64,000 nt of DNA, from NCBI GenBank assembly GCA_044227505.1, contig JBGAWP010000012.1, positions 2,946 to 66,945 on the forward strand. Reading direction: 5' to 3'. Below, one piece after another: positions 35,654 to 45,368 of this stretch. The notes under the pieces were generated by a model. That model had not been told where the DNA came from. It ran no database searches and was given only the letters and a program-made list of their open reading frames with translations. A program made the translations under genes and the position numbers. This stretch comes from Chitinophagales bacterium. GTDB taxonomy: Bacteria > Bacteroidota > Bacteroidia > Chitinophagales > BACL12. Every line of letters starts with the position of its first letter. Within the stretch, counting starts at the first letter, position 1.

Positions 35654-35706
35654 TCCTCCAAATCATTTTCCATAATTGTTAAATGATTTGGGGGATTTTC
35701 TTTTGG
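35654..35706. terminator. strong bidirectional rho-independent terminator
   Basis: Positions 35654-35668 pair with 35681-35695 in a 15-bp stem (one G.U) with a 12-nt loop. An A-run lies upstream and TTTTCTTTTGG downstream. It sits between convergent genes. Confidence 0.85.
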
Positions 35707-35712
35707 TAATGA

Positions 35713-37329
35713 TCAAATCTCCTCCGCCCTATTTAATGTTGCTGCTATTGCCTTCAATTCACCCTTTGTAGCAGGAATAAATTCCAGATCCTTTTCCCTT
35801 GCATTAGATGTTATGGATTTCTTCAAACAATAATAAAATTGTCCATCAACATTTTTAATTCCGAATATCGTTATTGGTTCATCTTTTAATACATTTTTGA
35901 AAGTCATGGCACCAATTGATTTTTGTCCTTTCATCACAGCATTATAATTATCAAATACGATTGAATAATCTACCTCTTCATTAGCAGCTAAAGCAATGGT
36001 ATAATTAGTTTTTGGCTCTTCAATTTTTATAAACCGATCACAATTGATCCAACCTATATTGATTGAAAATAATAAAGCATAGGAAATGGCTGAAGCGTTC
36101 ATATACCTTGAAATTGTATCGGATGGAGGCACTAAACAATCAATGTTATTCACTTTTGTGACATTTACCGTTTGGTCGTTGTAAAAGGAGCCGTTAAACC
36201 ATTTGTCCCTTTTTGTATTTTTCCTTTTCTGGTTAAAAGTATCGTTGGCAGTCACTCCAAATAAAAACTCCTCGTCCTCCAAAGTAAAAACAAAAGGCAA
36301 TTCAATTTTAACATCAACCGCAACATCATTTTCAAACCCTGGTTTCCAATTGGGCATTTTTTTAAGCATGTCTACCACTGCTTCATCACATCCATAACCG
36401 AGAGTATTCTCCAGTTGAATATTTCTGATGGTTCCTGAATCTGTAACTATAAAAGAGGCTGATATCGTGCCTTGAACCAGTGCATCTCTGGCTTCAAGCG
36501 GATATTGAAGTTGTGTATTGAACCAAATACGCATGTCAATATTTCCACCATTAAATTCAGGCATTTTATCACATGCGGTATAAAGTGTATTTGTGGGGTC
36601 ACCATAATATTTAGTGTTATTCTGTCCATAAATTACCGGGTCAGGGGAATTTGAATACTGCAACTCCCAAATAATATTTCCATCTGTATCCGTTATTCCG
36701 TCAAATATTTGCATATTATTATCAGGAGTATTATTTACAAATTCTATAACCAGTTTTTTATCCGGAGCAACTTCACAAGGAAGACCACCTGCAAAGGCTT
36801 CGAGATATAACATCCCTCCCGATTCCAATAATGCTTCAGGGGTATTACAACTTAATTTCGATAACAAAATATCTTCCATTTTATAATATTCTGTCATTCG
36901 GAAATCTATTTGTCCTCTTGCAGGTAAACCCGACATTTTATATACAAAAGCATTTGCAGGTATAAATATTTTTGTCCCTTCTTCACCGATTATTTCGGCT
37001 TCGGCATTACACTCAAATAAAAAGGTTTCCTGATTTTTTTGGAAAGCATGATAGATCGCTTCAAGACCAATAAATTGTTCATCTCGTGGCGCAGGAACAT
37101 CTTCATATCTCTCTCTTGGAATTGGATCGTAGTTTTCAAATCGATCATGTTCAGCAACAATGATAAGTTTGGCCTTATCATTCATTGTATCAACCACCAG
37201 GTGCTGTTGTACTTCAGCCAGCGGAGCAGGGATAGCTTCCTGTTGAATCTGGGATTGTTCCTTCTCATTAGAATTAGCACACCCAAAAACAAAGAAAAAA
37301 GCGAGAGGGGTAAAAAGTATGGATCTCAT
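35713..37329 (-). CDS. lipoprotein with a TonB C-terminal-like domain
   Basis: 538 aa with lipobox FFFVFGC. The internal segment MPEFNGGN......QYPLEARDALVQGTISASFIVTDSGTI.NIQL...LGYGCDEAVVDMLKKMPNWKPG matches the TonB_C fold motif. Confidence 0.6.
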   Translation of the reverse strand: MRSILFTPLAFFFVFGCANSNEKEQSQIQQEAIPAPLAEVQQHLVVDTMNDKAKLIIVAEHDRFENYDPIPRERYEDVPAPRDEQFIGLEAIYHAFQKNQETFLFECNAEAEIIGEEGTKIFIPANAFVYKMSGLPARGQIDFRMTEYYKMEDILLSKLSCNTPEALLESGGMLYLEAFAGGLPCEVAPDKKLVIEFVNNTPDNNMQIFDGITDTDGNIIWELQYSNSPDPVIYGQNNTKYYGDPTNTLYTACDKMPEFNGGNIDMRIWFNTQLQYPLEARDALVQGTISASFIVTDSGTIRNIQLENTLGYGCDEAVVDMLKKMPNWKPGFENDVAVDVKIELPFVFTLEDEEFLFGVTANDTFNQKRKNTKRDKWFNGSFYNDQTVNVTKVNNIDCLVPPSDTISRYMNASAISYALLFSINIGWINCDRFIKIEEPKTNYTIALAANEEVDYSIVFDNYNAVMKGQKSIGAMTFKNVLKDEPITIFGIKNVDGQFYYCLKKSITSNAREKDLEFIPATKGELKAIAATLNRAEEI

Positions 37330-37467
37330 AAAGTGGTATTTATAACACTAGATTCCCGAAAACCGGAAATTCCATACTTAACGTCAAAAATATCTCCTCT
37401 TGTATACAAGAACAAAGCCCTGTCAGTAGTTAACCGAACAGGGCTTGTCATTCAAGTATGAAAAGAA

Positions 37468-37734
37468 TCAATTAAGTGCCTGTTCGTGTTTCGACTCCTC
37501 CAAAATACGCATGGCACAATCCAGTATAGCTGTATCTTCCAGGCGTACAACGCCTCCGCCGACTCCCTTCTCAAAATGAACATCGGCAATTTTGCCCGGT
37601 GCTTCAAAATGTTCAGCGCCAAAGTAATTTCTCACTGCATCCACTTCAAGATGGAGTTCCTGCGCTATTCGCTCCATACTGCCATGTGGCAGCGTATCCT
37701 TGATGTGCCGTAATTCCTCAAATGTAATCACCAT
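37468..37734 (-). CDS. small conserved hypothetical protein (putative HTH DNA-binding)
   Basis: 88 aa. SMERIAQELHLEVDAVRNYF resembles an HTH. The ORF is visibly more GC-rich than its surroundings. The competing plus-strand ORF 37486..37713 is rejected. Confidence 0.4.
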   Translation of the reverse strand: MVITFEELRHIKDTLPHGSMERIAQELHLEVDAVRNYFGAEHFEAPGKIADVHFEKGVGGGVVRLEDTAILDCAMRILEESKHEQALN

Positions 37735-37999
37735 AGTTGTAGTATTTTAGTTAAACAATGCATTGTGGTAAGACGCTACGATTTTAGCTAACATTTGCCA
37801 TTTTACCAAATAATTTCGAAACTTTTTTTTTGCACATTTTGCCCCATTTCAGTAGAATGCCATGGCAGCCTGTTTTACACTTATCATTTTCTTTCCGGCA
37901 GTCCGAAAATAATTATTATTATTACAATAATAATTTGAATTCAAGTTTACGTTATTAATAATAATATAATTTCACATCACCCAAAACCTCCTAACCACT

Positions 38000-40900
38000 A
38001 TGCGGTCCGCTGCTACCCTGCTGAGTATTCTCTTATTCAGCCTTTTCTCCTGTAATACCGACAGAAACCTTATCACCATTAATGAAATGAATTTTGATGA
38101 GGAGATCTCGGTTGTTCAAAACCTGGAATTCACCCTTAATCAACACCTATTTAACGACAGTCTTTTTAATCGCTGGGTGGATGAAGAACTGTTATCCATT
38201 CAACCTCATGTTGCTGGAAAATTTAAGATCGTTTCCAGCGATAAGATCCTTTTTTCACCAACTAATGGGTTTGCGGAAAGTGAAATATTTACTGCAAACC
38301 TGTCGGATAATGTACATCATTATACTGATATCAGACTAGCTGTTAAAAACGAACCTTTTCAGTTTCATACTCCTTTACTTGATCTAAAATCTGCTAATAT
38401 TTATTGGATAAAAGAAGACGCATCAAACGAAATTGTAATGCATGCTGATCTTGATTTTAATGCAACAATTAATGCAGGTGAATTAAGTAAATTTTTAAAA
38501 GTAAAACAAAATGAGGAGGAAAAAACCATAAAAATTGTTACCACACAAAATGCAAAAACTATTTCTATTGCAGTTTATAATGTAGATCCTAAATCAAAGA
38601 ACAGGACCATGGAATTTTTGATTCTAAAGGGGATCTCATCGCCGGGAAGTATTTATAAAACCGAAAAAGATGTCAATCTGAATATTGAAATTCCTTTTAT
38701 TGAAAATCTTGAAATAAAGGATATGATTGCAGAACACAATGGTATTACCGGAACTATTCGCGTAATTACGAATCAACAGATAGGCAACAATAATTTAAGT
38801 AGTTTAGTAAGTATTACGCCACAAGTTGCTATTGACATTGAAAAGACCCTGAATGGCCTCACAATTAAAAGTGATGAATTTAATGCAGCCCAAAGTTATA
38901 CTGTAACGCTCTCGGAGAGCCTGTTTGGCGTTGCCGGAGGAAAAATGATCGACTCTTATTCGCAATCTATAACTTTTGGCGAACTGGAACCGAAAATTCA
39001 GTTTTCACATAGTAAAGGAATGTACCTTGGGAAAAAGGGAAATAAAAATCTTTCTGTTCAGATCATTAATGTACCAAAAGTAAAAGTAGAAGTTCTCAAG
39101 GTTTACGAAAATAATATTTTAGGATTCATGCGAGATGGCTTTCGATATAGATGGTATGATGAATATAACGATGATGAAAATTATTGGGATTATTTTGACT
39201 ATGAAGATGTAAATATTGAACTGTATGGTAATGTGATCTACGAAAAGGAATACGAAACAAATAAACTTGAAAAATATAATTCTGCCAGAATATTGCATAT
39301 AGATGTGCTTGATAATCTGGAGAGATTTGATGGGTTTTATGTTGTTCGCGTTTCTTCCGAAGAAAAAAGGTGGCTCACCGATGCTCAGATCGTTTCTCTT
39401 TCGGATATTGGATTAATTTCAAAAGCAACGGAAGATGAATTGGTGGTATTTGCAAATTCCATTCAAAGCGCAACTCCCCTGAATGGAATAAAAGTATCTT
39501 TCGTTAGCTCCAATAACCAAAAATTGTATACTGCAACAACAGATAAAAATGGTGTGGCAAAATTTACCGGAATTAAAAAGAATCTTCCTGACTTTGATGT
39601 AAATTTAATTACCGCTGAAAATGGAAGCGACTTTAACTTTCTTCCTTTCAGCCAAACTGAAGTTTCCACCTCACGTTTTGAAGTAGGTGGAAAACGCTTG
39701 AATGAAAGCGACATGGATGCTTTTTTATATGTGCAGCGCGATATGTATCGGCCCGGAGAAACCATGCATATTGCAGGTGTTATCCGTTCTTATGATTGGG
39801 AAATATACCCACGGATACCAGTTAAACTACGAATTGTTTCTCCTTCCGGAAAAGAGTTTAAAAGTGTAAAAAAGACCTTGGATGACCAGGGAGGATTTGA
39901 AGCTTCCATTGATATTCCGAAAGCCGCCGTAACAGGCACATATACAGCAGAACTCTACTCTTCCAACGATGTTTTACTAAATTCAGAGTATATCAGCGTA
40001 GAGGAATTTATGCCTGACAGAATTCGGGTGGATGCAAGCCTTCAGAAAAAAGAATATTACCCCGGTGATGCCGTGATTAATAAAATAGTTGCCAATAATC
40101 TATATGGAACTCCTGCTTCCAATCGAAACTGGGAAGCAGAAATGAATCTGAATAAATTGTATTTTTCTTCAAAAAAATATCCTGACTATAATTTCAGTAT
40201 AAATGGTGCGGATAGTTACATTCCTACCAAAACAACCGAAGGAACTACAGATGATAACGGAAATGCAAATGCAGAATTCATTATTCCGGAAGAATATAAA
40301 AATATGGGTCTATTAAGCGGTAGAATTATGACCACCGTTTTTGATGAATCAGGCAGACCGGTTTATAATGTTCAGGATTTTAAAGTAATAACACAAAATA
40401 CCTTATTTGGAATTGGTGATTTTGATTATTATATGAAAACGCGTTCCACAATTAAAATACCATTTATTGCAGTTGATAAGGATGATAAATTAATAAATGG
40501 AGTTCCAGCCAAAGTGGAAATAATTAAACATGAATACGAAACGGTGATCGAACGAAGCGGAACGTATTATACCTACCGATCAAACAAGGTGGAAAAGTTA
40601 TTGTCCTCGCATAATATTACCGTTACAGGAACCAATACATCAATAAGTTATACTCCCGAATTAAGCGGGCAGTATGAGGTGCGCATAAAATCACCTAATG
40701 CCTCCACATTCGTTAGTCATTATTTTTATGCTTACGGCTGGGGAAATACACAAAGCAATTCATTTGAGGTAAATACCGAAGGAAATATCAATATTGTAGC
40801 AGATAAAGAAAAATATAATGTAGGCGAAGATGCCAATTTAATTTTCACCGCACCTTTTAATGGAAAACTTTTAGTAACTGTAGAAAGAAATAAGGTATAT

Positions 40901-43396
40901 GAATATTATTATCTGGATACTGATAAAAAATCTGCTTCGCTTAAATTAAAGATCAATAATGGTCATTTACCGAATATTTTTGTCACTGCCACTTTATTCA
41001 GACCTGCCGATAACAGTGAGTTACCGCTTACTGTAGCACATGGTATCACAAATTTAAAGGTAGATAATCCAAGTAAAAAACTGAACGTAACCGTTACGCA
41101 CGAAAAAAATTCGCGTTCCAATAAAAAACAAACGATCAGTATTAAAACAGCGCCGAATGCAGAATTAACAGTAGCAGTAGTGGATGAGGGAATCTTACAA
41201 ATTAAAAATTTCAAAACTCCTGATCCTTACGATTGGTTTTATCAATCGCACGCATTAAGTGTTTTAAGTTACGATCTGTATGCTTATTTATATCCTGAAA
41301 TTTACATGAAAAAACTACTGAGCGGTGGTGACGGATATGATCTGGAAGGAAGATTAAATCCTATGACAGCAAATCGTGTTAAACTCGTTTCTTATTGGAG
41401 TGGCATCATTAAAGCGGACGCTAATGGTAAAGCAAAATTTGATATCGATATTCCGCAATTTTCAGGTGATTTACGCGTAATGGTAGTTGCTTATAAAAAC
41501 GATCAATTTGGCAACAGTGAAACACATATGAAAGTAGCTGATCCGATTGTTGTTACAACCTCCTTACCAAGATTTTTGAGTCCAGGCGATACAATTACTG
41601 TGCCGGTAACACTTGCAAATACTACATCAAAAAACACTAATGGAGACGTAAATATCTCTGTTGAAGGTCCGCTGAAAATAGCAGGAAATTCCACACAAAA
41701 TTTCAGTGCTAATGCAAATAAAGAATCACGAGCCGAGTTTAAAATAGTAGCGACCAGCCAAACCGGAAATGCCAAGGTAAAAGTGGTAGTTAGTGCTATG
41801 AATGAAAAATTCACAGAAGAAATTGAAATCCCGGTGCGACCACCTGCTTCTTTGCAAAAATATAATGGAGCAGGATTTGTAGATGCCGGGAAAATGAGCA
41901 CACTTAACATTTCCAATAATCTTGAACCACAAAGTGCAAAGGCCAGGTTAGTATTAAGCACCTCTCCTCTTGTTCAATTTGCCGATGATCTCGATTATTT
42001 AATTAATTATCCGCACGGATGTGTGGAACAGATCACCTCTTCTGTATTTCCGCAGATATATTATGCTGATCTTATTAAAAGCATTTACGGAAAGGAAACA
42101 AGAGATTTAAATCCTTCTTATAATGTTCAGGAGGGGATTCGTATACTTGAAAGTATGCAAATGTATAATGGTGCCTTAATGTACTGGCCCGGTGGAGGTT
42201 ATGAAAGCTGGTGGGGAACTATTTATGCCACACATTTTATGTTGGAAGCAAAAAAGGCCGGATTTGATGTTGATGAAAAGGTGTTGAATAAATCGTATGG
42301 TTACATGAAAAACATGTTGAAACAAAAGAAAACATTCGTTTACTATTACAATAATAATCTCAGCAAAGAAATGGCTTCCAAGGAGGTGTTTTATTCTATG
42401 TATGTTCTTGCTTTGGCAGGTAAGGCAGAGGTTTCGACAATGAATTATTATAAAGCTAATTTGAGTATGGTTCCTTTAGATGGAAAATATTTATTGGCGA
42501 TGTCATATCTCGCTGCCGGCGATCGCAAAAGTTATGAAAAATTATTGCCCACTGAATTTATCGGCGAAGAATCGAAACAGGTTTTTGGCGGAAGTTTTTA
42601 TTCTCCGATACGCGACAGGGCAATAGCATTAAATTGTTTGCTGGAAACAGATCCGGAAAATCAACAGATAGGTGTACTTGCACAGCAATTGTCAGAAATG
42701 ATGAAGCTCAGGCCTTATTTGAATACGCAGGAAAGATCCTTTGCATTTTTAGCTTTCGGAAAACTCGCACGTAAAACGAAAGATGCCACGGTTACCGCAA
42801 CAATAAAAGCAGATGGATCTGAGATCGGAAAATTTAGCGGAAAAGATCTTGTAATAGAAGATAAATCGATGCTCAACAAAAAAATCACGATTGAAACTGC
42901 CGGTAAAGGTCAACTATTTTATTTCTGGATGACGAGCGGCGTAACCTCTGATGGATCTTACAAACAGGAAGATAGTTATTTAAAAGTGCGGAAAACTTTT
43001 TACGACAGATGGGGACAACAAATTGATCTGAAAAAAATAAAGCAAAATGATTTGATAACTGTTAAAATAAGTTTGCAAAGTGCAACAGGAACATATGTGG
43101 AGAATGTAGTTATTACCGATATTTTACCGGCAGGATTTGAAATTGAAAACGATCGTTTACGAGCTACTGCGAGTTTAAACTGGATAAAAGATCAGGCAAA
43201 AGCGCAGCATGAAGATATTCGCGATGACAGGATCAATCTATATGTTTCGGCAAGTTCCACTGTACAAAATTATTATTACACAGTGCGTGCAGTTTCTCCG
43301 GGAACCTATAAAATGGGACCTGTAATGGCTGATGCAATGTATAATGAGGAATATCACAGTTACAACGGATCGGGAATAGTGAAAATTTCTAAATAA
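38000..43396 (+). CDS. alpha-2-macroglobulin family lipoprotein (thioester-containing, YfhM/ECAM type)
   Basis: 1798 aa with lipobox LFSLFSC. The thioester motif GCVEQ is at 42020-42031 (Cys1341) in the context YLINYPHGCVEQITSS. The size and C-terminal ITDILPAGFEIEN are typical of bacterial A2M. Confidence 0.9.
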   Translation: MRSAATLLSILLFSLFSCNTDRNLITINEMNFDEEISVVQNLEFTLNQHLFNDSLFNRWVDEELLSIQPHVAGKFKIVSSDKILFSPTNGFAESEIFTANLSDNVHHYTDIRLAVKNEPFQFHTPLLDLKSANIYWIKEDASNEIVMHADLDFNATINAGELSKFLKVKQNEEEKTIKIVTTQNAKTISIAVYNVDPKSKNRTMEFLILKGISSPGSIYKTEKDVNLNIEIPFIENLEIKDMIAEHNGITGTIRVITNQQIGNNNLSSLVSITPQVAIDIEKTLNGLTIKSDEFNAAQSYTVTLSESLFGVAGGKMIDSYSQSITFGELEPKIQFSHSKGMYLGKKGNKNLSVQIINVPKVKVEVLKVYENNILGFMRDGFRYRWYDEYNDDENYWDYFDYEDVNIELYGNVIYEKEYETNKLEKYNSARILHIDVLDNLERFDGFYVVRVSSEEKRWLTDAQIVSLSDIGLISKATEDELVVFANSIQSATPLNGIKVSFVSSNNQKLYTATTDKNGVAKFTGIKKNLPDFDVNLITAENGSDFNFLPFSQTEVSTSRFEVGGKRLNESDMDAFLYVQRDMYRPGETMHIAGVIRSYDWEIYPRIPVKLRIVSPSGKEFKSVKKTLDDQGGFEASIDIPKAAVTGTYTAELYSSNDVLLNSEYISVEEFMPDRIRVDASLQKKEYYPGDAVINKIVANNLYGTPASNRNWEAEMNLNKLYFSSKKYPDYNFSINGADSYIPTKTTEGTTDDNGNANAEFIIPEEYKNMGLLSGRIMTTVFDESGRPVYNVQDFKVITQNTLFGIGDFDYYMKTRSTIKIPFIAVDKDDKLINGVPAKVEIIKHEYETVIERSGTYYTYRSNKVEKLLSSHNITVTGTNTSISYTPELSGQYEVRIKSPNASTFVSHYFYAYGWGNTQSNSFEVNTEGNINIVADKEKYNVGEDANLIFTAPFNGKLLVTVERNKVYEYYYLDTDKKSASLKLKINNGHLPNIFVTATLFRPADNSELPLTVAHGITNLKVDNPSKKLNVTVTHEKNSRSNKKQTISIKTAPNAELTVAVVDEGILQIKNFKTPDPYDWFYQSHALSVLSYDLYAYLYPEIYMKKLLSGGDGYDLEGRLNPMTANRVKLVSYWSGIIKADANGKAKFDIDIPQFSGDLRVMVVAYKNDQFGNSETHMKVADPIVVTTSLPRFLSPGDTITVPVTLANTTSKNTNGDVNISVEGPLKIAGNSTQNFSANANKESRAEFKIVATSQTGNAKVKVVVSAMNEKFTEEIEIPVRPPASLQKYNGAGFVDAGKMSTLNISNNLEPQSAKARLVLSTSPLVQFADDLDYLINYPHGCVEQITSSVFPQIYYADLIKSIYGKETRDLNPSYNVQEGIRILESMQMYNGALMYWPGGGYESWWGTIYATHFMLEAKKAGFDVDEKVLNKSYGYMKNMLKQKKTFVYYYNNNLSKEMASKEVFYSMYVLALAGKAEVSTMNYYKANLSMVPLDGKYLLAMSYLAAGDRKSYEKLLPTEFIGEESKQVFGGSFYSPIRDRAIALNCLLETDPENQQIGVLAQQLSEMMKLRPYLNTQERSFAFLAFGKLARKTKDATVTATIKADGSEIGKFSGKDLVIEDKSMLNKKITIETAGKGQLFYFWMTSGVTSDGSYKQEDSYLKVRKTFYDRWGQQIDLKKIKQNDLITVKISLQSATGTYVENVVITDILPAGFEIENDRLRATASLNWIKDQAKAQHEDIRDDRINLYVSASSTVQNYYYTVRAVSPGTYKMGPVMADAMYNEEYHSYNGSGIVKISK

Positions 43397-43415
43397 GCTT
43401 TGTAATTTGGCGGCA

Positions 43416-45209
43416 ATGAAACACTTTTCACTTGTAGCCCTGTTTGCAAGTTATAGTATAATACTTTGTTTTGTTTTTTATTACCCAAAATTTAACAAAC
43501 AAGGTACAGAAGCAACCATATCTTATGATGTAGCCGGCTATTATTTTTATTTGCCGGCTATTTTTATTTATCATGATATTCATCATCTTGAATTTCAGGA
43601 AGAATTAAAAAATAAATATCAATATTCAAGTTCCGAATATCAGGGTGTGTTATTGCCCGATAGCACATTTACTATGAAATATCCGATCGGGGCGTCTGTA
43701 TTCTATAGTCCATTCTTTTTTATTGCGCATGGATATGCAAATGTTGCCGGGTTAAATGCCGATGGATTTTCACACCCATATCAGGTAATGTTGAGTCTCG
43801 GCTGTTTATTTTATGCCTTTTTAGGATTGTTGTTCCTGCGAAAAGTATTATTGCTCTACTTTTCTGAACTCGCAACAGCGATTACCCTGTTATTATTGGT
43901 TGCCGCTACCAATTATTTAAATTATAGTGCCATCGATAATGCAATGACACATAATTTGTTATTTACGCTCTACGTCTTCATTATTTGGTTCAGTATTAAA
44001 TTTCATAATGCGCCTTCGCTTAAAATTGCTTTTACACTCGGGTTACTTTGTGGACTTGCAGTTATTACCAGACCAACAGAAGTCATTTGCGTGTTAATTC
44101 CTATATTATGGAATGTTACCGGATTCAACAGTTTTATTTCGCGTTTAAAATTTTTCCTAATCCAATATAAACCATCTCTTTTATTTATTTTGGGGGCATT
44201 TTTAATGGGAAGTTTACAATTGATCTACTGGAAAGTTACTACCGGGCATTATATTTTTTACAGCTATGAGGATCAATCATTTAGCTGGACAGATCCGCAT
44301 ATTATACAGGGTTTGTTTTCGTATAAAAAAGGCTGGTTTATTTATACGCCTTTTTTAATATTGATCATTCCCGGATTTGTTTTTTTATATAAAAAGGAAA
44401 GGACCTTGTTTATTCCAATCCTCTTATTTACAATGCTGAATATATATATTGCCTTCAGTTGGGATATTTGGTGGTATGGAGGAAGTTTGGGGCAGCGAAG
44501 TATGGTTCAATCTTATGCATTATTGTGTATACCAATAGCTGCGTTTATTCAGGCGGTTATTAAAAGCAGAATAATATTCAAATTACTTTTCACGCTGTTT
44601 GTTGCGTTTTGTGTATGGTATAATATTACACTTACTCATCAGGCACATAATAAATTTGGCATCTTAGACGGTGAATCCATGAACAGAACTTATTTCTGGA
44701 CAGTGTTTGGTAAAACTAAAATCCCTATTACAGATAAAAAATTTATTGATACAAATGAAAAATTCAGGGGAAATAAATCAAATATTCAGGAGATCTATTT
44801 TAATGATATTGAATTTGATCTGCTTCACATCGACACAAATAGTATTTTAAACGGCAAGAAATGCCTTTATGTTTCTTCGGAGAAACAATCCACACAACCT
44901 TACGCGATTCCACTCCCATCTGACACAGCCGACTGGATAAATATTTCCGCAGATTTTTATTTCCCGTTTAAAGAATGGAATGTTTGGAATATGCCACAAT
45001 TAATAGTGCAATTCAAATATAAAAATGAACTTATAAAAGTGAAATATATCAGAGTACACAGAATAATGAACCAAGGCGAAAAGAAGACACTTCAATTTGA
45101 CATCGAATTACCAAAAAAAGAATACGATAACATCGAATTTTATTTATGGAATGCCGATGGAACTACTACTACGTATATGGATGATATAAGAGTGACATCG
45201 TTTAATTAA
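43416..45209 (+). CDS. polytopic membrane protein, GT-C-fold (ArnT/PMT-like) glycosyltransferase candidate
   Basis: The ATG at 43416 lies 3 codons inside the TTG-started ORF and 19 nt after the A2M stop. It has about 10 or more hydrophobic helices over ~420 aa, an acidic/aromatic first loop (SYDVAGYYFYLP), and a ~170-aa C-terminal soluble domain. The family call is inference. Confidence 0.45.
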   Translation: MKHFSLVALFASYSIILCFVFYYPKFNKQGTEATISYDVAGYYFYLPAIFIYHDIHHLEFQEELKNKYQYSSSEYQGVLLPDSTFTMKYPIGASVFYSPFFFIAHGYANVAGLNADGFSHPYQVMLSLGCLFYAFLGLLFLRKVLLLYFSELATAITLLLLVAATNYLNYSAIDNAMTHNLLFTLYVFIIWFSIKFHNAPSLKIAFTLGLLCGLAVITRPTEVICVLIPILWNVTGFNSFISRLKFFLIQYKPSLLFILGAFLMGSLQLIYWKVTTGHYIFYSYEDQSFSWTDPHIIQGLFSYKKGWFIYTPFLILIIPGFVFLYKKERTLFIPILLFTMLNIYIAFSWDIWWYGGSLGQRSMVQSYALLCIPIAAFIQAVIKSRIIFKLLFTLFVAFCVWYNITLTHQAHNKFGILDGESMNRTYFWTVFGKTKIPITDKKFIDTNEKFRGNKSNIQEIYFNDIEFDLLHIDTNSILNGKKCLYVSSEKQSTQPYAIPLPSDTADWINISADFYFPFKEWNVWNMPQLIVQFKYKNELIKVKYIRVHRIMNQGEKKTLQFDIELPKKEYDNIEFYLWNADGTTTTYMDDIRVTSFN

Positions 45210-45240
45210 ATTCGTATGTGCGTCATTTTTTTACTTTAGA

Positions 45241-45368
45241 CTTTATTGAGAACTTCTTTCTCCTTAAACTCTATTGAGACATTCTTTCTCCTTAATTTTT
45301 ATTGAGACCTTCTTTCTCCTTAAACTTTATTGAGACCTTCTTTCTCCTTAAACTTTATTGAGACCTTC
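45241..45368. repeat. tandem array A: 28-bp unit x 4.5
   Basis: Units start at 45241, 45269, 45297, 45325 and 45353 (partial). The consensus is CTTTATTGAGACCTTCTTTCTCCTTAAA, head-to-tail with no spacers. Confidence 0.9.

Noticed and set aside
37039-37461. 140-aa plus-strand ORF
   Set aside because: It mostly overlaps the 5' end of the minus-strand TonB_C lipoprotein gene in antisense and matches no family. The ORFs 41503..41961 (-), 39463..39765 (-) and 47610..48026 (-) were rejected for the same reason.
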